Origin: Camelus ferus
Taxonomy: Eukaryota
Assembly: GCF_009834535.1 (NCBI RefSeq)
Contig: NC_045697.1
Span: 28,522,001 to 28,586,000 of the forward strand
Length of the DNA stretch: 64,000 nucleotides
Direction of reading: 5' to 3'
The position numbers and the translations under genes are program-made. Below the pieces are notes generated by a model, which had not been told where the DNA came from, searched no databases, and worked only from the letters and a program-made list of their open reading frames with translations. Of this stretch, positions 26,985 through 38,399 are shown piece after piece. Position 1 is the first letter of the stretch; every line of letters begins with the position of its first letter.

Positions 26985-28345
26985 AAGTCTCTTCAGCAAG
27001 TGGTGTTGGGAAAATTGGACAGCTGAATGTAAATCAATGAAGTTAGAATACTCCCTCGTACCATACACAAAAATAAACTCAAACGGGCTTAAAGACTTAA
27101 ACATAAGACAAGACACTATAAACCTTCTAGAAGAAAACACAGGCAAAACGTTTTCTGACATAAATCTTAGCAATGTTCTTCTAGGGCAGCCCAGGCAATA
27201 GAAATAGAAGCAAAATTAAACAAATGGGACCTAATTAAACTTACAAGATTTTGCACAGCAAAGGATACCATAAGCAAAACAGAAAGACAACCTATGGAAT
27301 GGGAGGAAATATTTGCAAATGATGAGACTGACAGGGCTTAATTTCCAGAATATATAAAGAGCTCACATGGCATAATAATAACAACAAACAAACCAAACAA
27401 CCGAATCCAAAAATGGGCAGAAGACCTAAACGAGCAATTCTCCAATGAAGACATACAAATGCCAAAAAGGCACACGGAAAAGTGCTCAATGTCACTAATT
27501 ATCAGAGAAATGCAAATCAAAAATACAATGAGGTATCACCTCACACCAATCAGAATGCCCATCATTAAAAAGTCCACAAACGATAAATGCCAGAGAGGAT
27601 GTAGAGAAAAGGGAACCCTCCTACACTATTGGTGGAAATGTAGTTTGGTGCAGCCATTGTGGAAAACATTATGGAAATTTCTCAAGAAACTAAAACTAGA
27701 GTCACCATATAATCCTGCAATCCCCACTCCTGGGCATATACCAGAGCGAGCCCTAAGTCGAAAAGATACATGTACCTCAGTGTTCATAGCAGCACTATTT
27801 ATAATAGCCAAGACATGGAAACATCAACGGATGACTTGGATAAAGAAGTTGTAGTGTATTTATACAATGGAATACTACTCAGCTATAAAAAAGAATAAAA
27901 TAATGCCACTTGCAACATGGCTGGACTTGGAGATCATCATGCTAAGGGAAGTAAGCCAGATAGAGAAAGAAAAATACCATATGATATCACTCATATGTGG
28001 AATTAAAAAAAAAGATAAATAAACTTATATATAAAACAGAAACAGACTCACAGAGATAGAATACAGACTTGTGGTTGCCAGCAGGGAGGGGGGTGGGAAG
28101 GGATAAACTGGAAGTTCGAGATTTGTAGATACTCGCTGGTATATATAAAATACACAAACAAGTTTATACTGTATAGCACAGGGAAATATATTCACTATCT
28201 TGTAGTAGCTTATGGTGAAAAAGAATATGAAAATGAATATATGTATATTCATATACGACTGAAACATTGTGCTGTACACCAGAAATTGATACAACATTGT
28301 AAGCTGACTTTACCTCAATAAAAAGAAAAGAAAACCATTAAAAAA
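26985..28345 (+). mobile_element. 5'-truncated lineage-specific L1
   Basis: ORF2 C-terminal translation (27459..27854), 3'UTR, AATAAA and A tail; no clear TSD. Confidence 0.95.
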
Positions 28346-29556
28346 AATATATCCCCCCCCAAAAGACACTCAGTCCTACTACTCCACACTGTTCCTGGGG
28401 AGTGAGGGTGGGTTAAACTGTCCTGTTCCTTCCATAGGAAGAGTTTCATCCCATGGACCCTTCTCCCTCAGTCTGCCCTAGGCTAGCCCTAGGGTCTCAA
28501 ACAGGGACTACAAGAGTAGAAGGAAGTCAGCACAAGTCCCTATAAGAAGGCAGACTATATTGCATAGCAATACTAATCTGCCTTTGCTGGGCAAGAAGTT
28601 TCCACCAGCTGGGCACTCATTCTCAATGGCTCTGGTCTTAAGTAACTGTGAGCTTCAACCAGGTGGGCAGCAACACTGCCAGTCCCTTGGTCATATATAA
28701 GGTAAGTATATCTCTCAAGGGCTTGCATTAGTGATTCTTCTTGAGAAAATCAAAGTCTAAATTCATATTGAAGAAAGAATGTGTCCTCTGTCATCACGAC
28801 TCCCTGTTGAGTTAAGAAGTTCCCAATAGTTTTTTTCCTATTCCTCCAAGGAGCTTGAGGGCATCACGAATTTATTTACTGGACATTAAAAATCTCCTCT
28901 CTCTCTCTAACTCAGAGATTGGCACCAGCCTCAATTATGGTCTTTGGACTCAGATACTCCTGGTAAGAGCTGAGAAAGAGAATACTTTCTATCATAAGAG
29001 CATGGTCCAATGAAAGCAAGGACTAAAAAAGATCAGGGAAAAGAAAAAAACAAAAACAAAAACAAAAAACAAAACAAAACCCAACAGTTGATAGCCTGAA
29101 TGCCTAACTCCAGGAGAATGTTTTCATGTTCATTCATTCAAATACCATTATTAAGTGCCTGCTATTTGCCAGGCATTGTGTATATGAAGGTAAGTGAGAT
29201 GTAAAAGATGTAGGACATGATTCTTTGAGAACTCATAGTTTAATGGAATATTTATTTTTGAGAAATTGTTTGGCTCGGTTTTTTAACCTCTCATCTGAAT
29301 TTGCTAAATAAACCACTTTGATTTCCTTGTTCTCAAAGCACAGTTAGTAAAATTTCCTGTGAATCTCCAGACCTGATTGCCTAGGTTCTTAAATGTACAA
29401 TATTTGATTTGTACAAGTCTGCGATTTTCAGTTTCTGCCTCCTTATCTAAGTTAATCTCAAAGTAGAAGCCAATCTTAAAGAGGGTTCCCTCATTAAACC
29501 TAGATCAGATCCTAAGCAGCCAGCCAGCTCAGTGCTGCCTCCTCCTGGATTCCTTT

Positions 29557-29960
29557 AAGTAAACCAGAAAGAGAAAGAAAAATACCATATGATACCACTT
29601 ATATTCGGAATCTTGAAAAAAAAAGACAAACGAACTTATTTACAAAACAGAAACAGACTCACAGACATAGAAAACAAACTTATGGTTACCAGAGGGGGAA
29701 GAGGGTGGGAAGGGATAAATTGGAGTTCAAGAATTGCAGATACTAAATAATATATATGAAATAGATAAATGACAAGTTCAGACAGTATAACATAGGGAAC
29801 TATATTCAATATCTTGTAGTAACTTATGGTGAAAAAGAATATGAAAACGAATATATGTATATTCATGTATGACTGAAGCATTATGCTGTACACCAGAAAC
29901 CGACACAACATTGTAAACTGACTATATTTCAATAAATATATATACAAAGAAAAAAGAATT
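29557..29960 (+). mobile_element. L1 3'UTR fragment
   Basis: Same 3'UTR family as other L1s in the window; A-rich tail. Confidence 0.9.
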
Positions 29961-31496
29961 AAAGGTGAAGAATGCATTCCTTCAGCGAACGAGAGAAAAA
30001 GAAAGCAAAATAAACACCACCACCACCACCAAGAGCAAATGAACCTAAAGCTATTGTGCAAACTTAAGCCCCAAAGTTAAATTTTAAAAAAAGCCTCTAA
30101 CCAAATAGTCCAGGGCAGTTTATTTCTCCATCATTCACAATCCTCTCAATTCCTTTGTCTCAACCAAGTATTCAGATACAATTATTTAGGAGGGATAAGT
30201 AGAACATTTGTCTATTTTCCTTCCTACAAGCCAGCATTATCAAAACAGTATTTGCATTTCCATGGTAACTCCAAACCCCTCACTCACCTTTGTCTTCACT
30301 ATGGATTCTGATGCATTCCCACTATCCTCCCTGTTAAGGTGCGGTTGTGAGAAATAGATGCGCTAGACGATTGGAAAGGGAAGCCAGTGCAGACCTAGAG
30401 AGCCACTGAGTAATTATAAATTAGAGTTTTTTTGGTATAACATGACAAAGAGCTGTGACATGGAAAACAGTTCCCATATATTATATTGTATAAAGGAAAC
30501 TTGCTTTGACCTCATTTTATTCTCATTATCCCTTTTCTCCTTTATGGTCTTTTGCAGCTTTTTTGTTTCTGTCTTTTTAAATTGGATTTACATTTCTTTG
30601 TTTTGTCCTTTTTATCTCTAGCCCTCCTTTTCCGTTTTCTTTACACTGCTTAGTACATTGTAGAAATGTATAAAGTTTCTCATACTGCACTTTTTGTTCT
30701 TGTATAGGAATTGGGCAAGAGTTTAAGACACAAGAAATGTGTTATAGTCATTTTCTGCCTCAGTAGAGAAATAGTGCCTTCTAGTGTCTGCAATAACATT
30801 TTGTATTTGCACACATTTCAATTCATCTGAAAAGTAAGAGTATTATTTTATAATACTTCATAATAATTTTACTTTTTGTAGTTTTCCTACCATATGTAAT
30901 AAATATATAGATAGTATTAGTATCCCCATTTTAAGATTTAAAAGCCAGAATCATAAAACATTTATTTAATGTTGAGCTGATGATAGCACTTAGATCAAAC
31001 ACATGACAGGATTAGAAAAATATTCCATTTAATTAATTCCCCATCCAGCTGCCGTTGGTCACCAACCAGTGAGGAGACAGATCATGAATATATGATTCAT
31101 GGTATTTCCAAGACCACTAAAGGAATGGATAGAGAACTGCAAAAGCTGATTGCCTAAGGGCACCATAAACAGGAAATGTTACAAAAGGGTTGTTCAAAAT
31201 TGCTTTCTCGCAAGGTAACCCTTTTAGGAATGAGTTGACTGACATGTGTTCTTTGGTTCTGCTGCTCCTGAGTCACCTCTGCTTCTCCTGGAACTGGCCG
31301 TGTTCTTTTGGATAAGAGCAGTGCTCTCAGAGAGGCAGATATATTCTTAAGAGGTTTATCAGATGTGAGAAGTTAGCTGTTGCCCAGTATTTCTCAACTT
31401 ATTGTGGATTTGGATAAACATTCCCTGATGGATTCTTACTTGTTGACAATTATGAAAAATGAGGAGTAAGTATGTGCATGTGTTTATCTATGGTAT

Positions 31497-32012
31497 AGTA
31501 TTAGTGTTCTGAAGAGAAACAATCATTAGGGGGTGTGCGTGTTTATTAATTTATATTTATTAAGAGATGTATTATAAGGAATTGGCTGTGTAATTATGGG
31601 AGCCAACAAGTCTGACAGTCTGGTGGCTGAGTAGTTAAGCTGGAATCCAGGAGAGCTAGTGTAGTTCCAGTCCAACTTCAAAGGCCTGAGAACCAGGAAA
31701 GCCAATGTTTCAGTTCCAGTCCAGAGGCTGGCAGGCTCGAGGCCCAGGAAAAGCCTATGTTTCAGTTTGAGCCTGAAGGGAAGAAAAATTCTCCCTTACT
31801 TGAGGGAATGTCAGCTTTTTGCTCTATTCAAGCCTTCAACTGATTAGATAAGTCCCATTCACTAAATTAGGGGGAAATTTGTTTTAGTCTACTGATTCAA
31901 AATGTTAATCTTATCCAGAAACACCTTTACATATACACCCAGAATAATGTTTGACATAATATCCAGGCATCCCAAGGTCCAGTCAAGTAGATACATAAAA
32001 TTAACCATCACA
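31497..32012 (-). mobile_element. MLT2 (ERVL) solo LTR
   Basis: Typical MLT2 sequence ending ...cataaaattaaccatcaca; 5-bp TSD GGTAT at 31492-31496 and 32013-32017. Confidence 0.9.
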
Positions 32013-33009
32013 GGTATTATAAACATATATAAATGAAAATATGTTTATTTCTTTGTCCTGCATACTCTTTAAAATGTTTATAATAAGTGTATCATTTGAG
32101 TATTTAGTCTTATGAATATCTTTATTCAAAGTGGTATACTGAACAATCTCTAAATGAGTTATTGTATACAGTGCCCTTGCTTTGCAAATAACTGGAAAGA
32201 ATATAGAGATAATATTTATTGAACACCAACCATCTCTTTGGGATTAGCTCTGTGTCTATACATTTAACTCTAACAACAATCAATTGAAATAGGTAAGATT
32301 ACTATCATTTTGAAAATGAAGAAACTGAGACTCAGAGAGATTAAATAACTTAACCCAAAGTTGCACAATTAGGAAGTGGTGGAGCCAGAATGTGACTCTA
32401 GAAATGTTTGACTAAAAGTCCATACTCTGTCTATTCCAATTTGTTATCATTAACAAGTTATATGAGTAGAGGCAAACTAACTTTTCCAGACCTCAGTGTT
32501 CTCATTTGCAAAATGACTGTGAGCTAGATGATTTCTTAGATCTCAACTGTTATGCAGAGATTTCAAATTGTCTACCCAATATCTATTAACCTATTCTCCC
32601 TTACCAATAGAATGGGTACAAACTCATTTGGCATTCATACTTCCTTTTGCTTTTCACCTTTACCCTCATTCCTACCTGGAATACAGACATGAGGCTAGAA
32701 GAGAAGCATTGTGTCCCAATTCGTTGGTGCAATGTTTGTTTTCTAACTGTTCTCCTAGTTAATGATCTTTTCAACTCAATACCAGGATCCAATGTTGACC
32801 TTCAAAGTAGAGTGTATCCTCCCCAGGGTAGAAGCAAGATAATTATAGGTGTAAAAAAGAAATATGCATATATTTAAAGCTGTGGGGTTTTCCTAAATAC
32901 AGAGAAAACTTTTTCATTGATGTAAATTGGAAAATACAAAAAAGTAATACACAAGAAAAAAAAGAAGCCTGTTATTCCATAATTAAGAGAAAGAGAAAAG
33001 CATTTTTGA

Positions 33010-34130
33010 AATGTTGCTGCATTTGACTTCCACTACCAGTCATAGTGGAATAATCAACTGTAAAACTGCACAAAACATATTCAGCAACTACTTTCAGACA
33101 ATAAACAGCATATACCAGCTCTCTGTCTGGGGGCAGTTTCCTAAGTATAGTGCAGAGCTTGAGTCTGAGCAGAGGACAGAGGTCCTACTGAACTCAGGAG
33201 GCTGATATGAGAGTTTATGGCCTCTGAGTTGGCTAAAATCTCTGGGACAGTGCACTAGAGAGGAACAAGCTGTACAGAAAGGGTGCTCCAGATGTATCTA
33301 TACAGATACATAAATATAGATATATAAATACATAGACACATAGATCTAGATCTATAAATATATATAGCTATATATATCTCCTATCAACACAGAAAAAGCA
33401 TTTGATAAAACTCAGTAACCATTTATAACATAAATTCTCATCAAATGAAGAACAGAAAAGAGCTTCCTCAGTCTGTAGAAACATGTACAGATACTGCAGC
33501 TAGTATCATACTTAATGGTGGACTAGGGAATGCTTTCCCTCTAAGATTGGGCATAAAGATAGGATACCCACATTCACTTCTATTATTATTGTATTAGAGC
33601 TCTTAGCTAAAGCAATAAGGTGAGGGAAAAAAAGGATAATAGAGATTTAAAAGGAAGAAGTACAACTATTTCCATTTGCAAATTGGTTATTGATTGCTTC
33701 CACTGAAAATCCTAGGAAATATACCAAAAAGTGCTATAATTAATTTAAAAATTTAGCAGGGAAGCCAACTAGAGAATCAATTGTACATCAATATATTAGC
33801 AACAAACTATTGGAACATAAACAATTTTAAATACTATTTACAATAGCATTTAAAAATAACATATTTAGGAATAAATTTAAGAAAAGTTGTCCAAGACCTC
33901 TTCATTGAAAAAGAGTAAAACATGACTGAGAGAAATTAAGGATATAAATAATAATTAAAAAAACCCCTTATTCATGAATTGGAAGACCCAAAATTGCCAG
34001 TTATCCCCAAATTGGTCTATAGAGCCAATGTAATCTTAATCAAAATCCCTGAAGACTTTTAGAGAAAAGGACAAACTGATTTTAAATTTTATATGGAAAT
34101 GCAAGAAACTAAAATAGCCCAAACAATTTT
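33010..34130 (+). mobile_element. Old L1M: 5'-end piece joined to an RT-domain piece
   Basis: L1M 5'-like sequence to ~33290, then an EKAFDK-type RT remnant from ~33385. Confidence 0.75.
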
Positions 34131-34219
34131 GGATATTTATTATTTCAACACTATTTGTTGAAATACTTTCCTTTCTTCATTAAATTGTTTTGATGCCTTT
34201 GTCAAAAATAAAATGATCC

Positions 34220-34720
34220 TTCCATCAACAGATGACTGGATAAAGAATTCCATATACAGTGGAATACTACTCAACTATAAAAAAGAATGAAATAATGCCA
34301 TTTGCAGGAACATGGATGGACCTAGAGATGATCATATTAAGTGACAGAGAAAGACAAATATGATATCACTTATATGTAGAATCTAAAAAAAATGATACAA
34401 ATTCTATTTACAACCCCAAAACAGACTAATGAACATAGAAAACAGACTATGGTTACCATGGGGGAAAGGGCAGAGAGGGAAAAATTAGGGGTTGGGCATT
34501 AACAGACACACGTTACTATATATAAAATAGATAAACAACAAGGATCTACTGTATAGCACAGTGAACTATATTCAATTTCTTGTAATAATAGATAATGGAA
34601 AAGAATCTAAAAAGACAAAAATATATATGTATGTATATGTATAACTGAATCACTTTGCTGTACACCTGAAACTAACATTGTAAATCAACTACACTTCAAT
34701 AAAAAAAAATTTTTTTTAAA
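34220..34720 (+). mobile_element. L1 3' fragment
   Basis: L1 ORF2 end plus 3'UTR and AATAAA. Confidence 0.9.
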
Positions 34721-35328
34721 GAAAACACATTACAAGGTAATTTTGAAAAAAGAAAAAAGCCATCTTATGAGTGTGGATCTATTTTAGGGCTCTCTGTTTT
34801 GTTTTATTGATATATTTAGTGATTTGTATGCCAATACTACACTATCTTGACTGATATATATAAGGCTGTTGCTTCTGTGTCTGTTTCAGGAGGCTGTAGT
34901 CCATAGGGCAGGAACTCAGGAAAGAAAGATGGATGTGAACTGGGGGAAGCAAGAACAAACTGAAAACTGGGGTTGAGCTGGACATCAACAGGGTGGACAG
35001 GAACTCAGGTAGGTCTTTCATCACCTCCAAGTTTCCAACTTTAATGATGGGGGTATAATGCAAGGAATAAAGCTGGTGCCTTTTATCTAAGAGTTATCCT
35101 GTCACCCTCCCCAGGAGCTGGAGAAGCTGATGGAGGAGAATTGGTGGGAGCTAGAGTTGCTGTAAGTCTGGCAGTTGCCCCACACTAGCTGGGTGAGACA
35201 GCAGATAACAGACAACTATAACACTTGCTGGTGTTCTGCACTGACAGTACAAGTTTTAAAAGATGGCTGCTCTTCGTTTCTGCCTTCTAACTCTCATGTA
35301 AAAAATCCCTCATGGTCCTGGAGCTATG

Positions 35329-35792
35329 TGTTGGGCAACAGTTCTTCATGGTTCTCTCATTTTCCTGTACACCTTGAGAGCAAAGACAATGTCAGACTTT
35401 ATTCTGAAACATCTTTTAAAAAAATATTTCTCTTGAAAGAAAGAGAGAGGGTTTTCCATTGGGACAGAGTGCAGATTTGTTTACTTTCTGGTATAATAAG
35501 ACAATAATATGATAATATCACCTTCCAAGGCAAAGGTTGGACGGATTTGCTTGCAGTCCATAATAAAAGATTGGGAGTTTTTTTGTTTCTTTGTTTGTTT
35601 GTTTGTTTTGCGGGGTGGGGTGGAATGATGACAGAAGGAGCTGTATGAATAAGAAGCTTATGCTGCCTGCTCTGCTGTGAGTAATAGAACCCTCTGTTTG
35701 TAACCTGGTAGTCTCGTGTCTTCTGCCAGATCTATGAACTGTGGCAGACTTTTAAGTGGGTAAAATCTAAAGACTCTTTACAATTCTTAACA
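35329..35792 (+). mobile_element. Solo LTR nested in an older LTR-like element (~34870-35860)
   Basis: TG...CA ends; near-TSD ctatg/ctttg; family not assigned. Confidence 0.7.
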
Positions 35793-36401
35793 CTTTGCAG
35801 AGAAGTGAATTCTGGAAAAATGTAGTTACAGCTTAGCTAAATTGACAACACAAATCCATGGCAGAGGGCCCAAGGGAGAGAGGAGGAAGGGGAGGAGGAG
35901 AAGAGGGGGCAGGAAAGAGCCCAGATGTGGCAAAATGTTACCAAATGGTGCATCGAGATGAAAGCTATGTCAGTATTCATAGTACTATTCTTTCAACTGA
36001 AATTTCACAAAGTGAAAAAGAGGGGAAAATCGCTTAGACTGCTGTGTGAGACGGCAGAGTGGGAAGGCCTGAAGCAGGGATATTAGTTACGAAATCTCAA
36101 AAAGCTGTCCAAACCACAAACCAGAAATCTGGTTTCGAGCCATTTTATCTGCTTCCTTTCCCACATCAAAACTATCTCCAAGTCCTGTTAATGTAACCTC
36201 CCAGTCTGCTTAAATTTTGGCATTCACTCTTTTTTCAGTACCAATACTTCGGTCAGGGCCTAAACTAATACAATAGTCTAACTGGCGATCCTGCCTAGAG
36301 CCAAGCCCTCTACAAGCCGTCCTCCGTATTACTGCCACGATGATTTTCAAAGACTTCTCCCTGACCAGTCATTTCCCGACTCAAAACCGTCTCATCCAGG
36401 A

Positions 36402-36630
36402 GGAGGGTATAACTCAAAGTGCTAGAACACATACTTTGTGTGCACAAAGTACTGGGTTCAATCCCTAGTACCTTCTCTAAAAAATAAATAAATAAATACA
36501 TACATACATACATACATATACACATACACACATACATACATACATACATACATACATACATACATACATACATACATACATAAACAAACAAACAAACCTA
36601 ATTACCTCCCTCCCCGCCCCCCCCAAAAAA
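36402..36630 (+). mobile_element. Vic-1-like tRNA-derived SINE with an internal (TACA)n microsatellite
   Basis: B box gggttcaatccc; aaacctaattacctcc tail; TSD tctcatccagga on both sides. Confidence 0.9.
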
Positions 36631-37529
36631 CCTCTCATCCAGGACAAAGTTCAAATTCCTTTGCATGGCATAAATCACAATCTGGACCCCACATTCCACC
36701 TACACATTGCACTAGAATATTGGTCACATCTTTGTTTCTGTACACATCATGTTCTTTATATGGCGTGTCTGTTGTCTGGAATGTCCCTGCTGCATACCTA
36801 TTCATTCTTTCATATGTGGTGACTACACTGGTGTTCTGTGACACTTTCCTGCACCTCACAATGAGAATATTCTCCTTTGCACTATTTCACTCCTTAGCAC
36901 ATACTTCACTTGTTTCACACATCACACACTGTTGTATTATTTTCTGACATGGCTGTCATCCCAACTAGGCTGTGAGTGCCTTAAAGGCAGAGACTGCCTC
37001 ATAGTTGTAATCCAATGCAAAGGATAGGCACTACATGGGCAGCTGCTCTAGAACAGTTCACTGAAGTGAACTGAAAATCCTGCCACATTAAGAGAATTTA
37101 GGCAAGGCAGAGAAGACACAAAATGCCAAGCATAAACTTTTCAGTGGCTGAATTCTAATATGCCCACCCAAAGAGTCAGCTCTGAGTCACCACTTTTGAG
37201 TTTCAAAATCACATAAATGAAACAATTGAACGTAGAACCTAACCATTTGCTTTAAAGAGGGTTTCTTGCTAGCTATTTGGGGAAATACAAAATGATGTAA
37301 ATACCTTTTTCTAATAGAACAGCTATGGAAATTCAAATCAAGTATTAGGCTACAAAGGTAGTTTACCTCCCCAGAGAGAATGAATAACTTGGAAGGGGGG
37401 AAAATGGTCTAAAGAAAACTCCTGTTATTAATATAGTGTCTCTTCTTTTTCCTGCATTATCATGTTGTACTTTCTGAGAGATGGACTCAATTTCTATTCC
37501 TACCACTTAAAAGGGCCTCCAGTTCAATC

Positions 37530-37890
37530 TAAAAAGGCCAAACTCAGAGAAACAGAAAGTAGAGTGATAGGGGCTGCAGGATGTGGGAAATGAGGAGATA
37601 TTGGTCAAAGGGTACACATTTTCAATTGTAAGATTAACAAGTTCTGGGAGTCTAATGGCCAGCATGGTGATTATAGCTAATAATACCATATTATATACTT
37701 GAAAGTTGCTAAGAGAATATATCTTAAATGTTCTCACCACAAAAACAAATGGTAAATACATGAAAGGATGGAGGTAGTAGGTAATGTTATGGTGGTAATC
37801 ACCATGCAGTCTGTAAGTGTATCAAATCATCACATTTGTACACCTTAAACTTACACAACGTTATGTGTCAATTATATCTCTAAAGCTGGG
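37530..37890 (+). mobile_element. L1MA-like 3'UTR fragment
   Basis: Typical L1MA 3'UTR (gatattggtcaaagggtaca...tacaccttaaacttacac). Confidence 0.8.
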
Positions 37891-38399
37891 GGAAAAGGCC
37901 TCCACAGGCCTCCATTTTAACAATGAAATTGTTGAATTGCTGTCTGAAACTCTACATTTTAGAGGAAATATTGTAAATAGGATACTTCGTAGTCATTGTT
38001 TCATGAGAGAACAGCTATAAAAATGCTTTGGAACAGGTAAACTATTTTTAAAAGCAAGGTTTTGTACTAAACTTCCTATGATATATTTTAATAAATTAAT
38101 CCCAAAATACTAACTTATAATTATAGTATTTAATAGAATACATAAAAGGGCAATGTCATGAAAATTGATGCTCTGAGCAAGAAGAACAAGGAACAGAAGG
38201 TGTAATGATAACAGAAGACAGAGGAAAAAAAAGCGGAAATCATCAGCTCCTGCTTTACTTCTATTTTCTACCACTGAGAATTGTCCCCAAATTAGAAAGG
38301 GTAGACCTACATGGGAAATAGAGAATTTAAATCCAAGACAGGTGAGGATGTGAGAACGCATCTGGCCCCTTAACACAACTTTACCTCTTCAGTTTACTA

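Larger units (their letters stand above)
19430..32210 (-). pseudogene. SLC9C-like (sperm-type voltage- and cAMP-gated Na+/H+ exchanger) pseudogene, near full length, apparently processed, fragmented by TEs
   Basis: Colinear minus-strand translations versus recalled human SLC9C1: HLE/FSIPL (HLEDFPIPV) ~32130-32157; LLTSDKPLKNISASLRALLLSKRTRPVPGEAEVT (ILVSSDPMLTAAAIRDLGLSRSLISLINGESLMT) 31271-31372; LLQF...GNTMNHIFMI (LIQF...GDDVNHISLI) ~31080-31145; FGVTMEMQILF (FGSDKEKSQILF) ~30243-30275; ENRRL (ANRRL) 29415-29429; voltage-sensor-like S1-S4 at 26195-26860; VNFCLKNINFEAGWRIHG (VTFDCGNDIFEEGDEPKG) ~21018-21071; FVPK (FIPK) 20749-20760; KKQI*L (KQKMWL) ~20690; PIEC (PITC) 19452-19463. Many stops and frameshifts. 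Confidence 0.85.

Noticed and set aside
36310..36591. Periodic MYVC-repeat ORF
   Set aside because: Translation of the (TACA)n microsatellite
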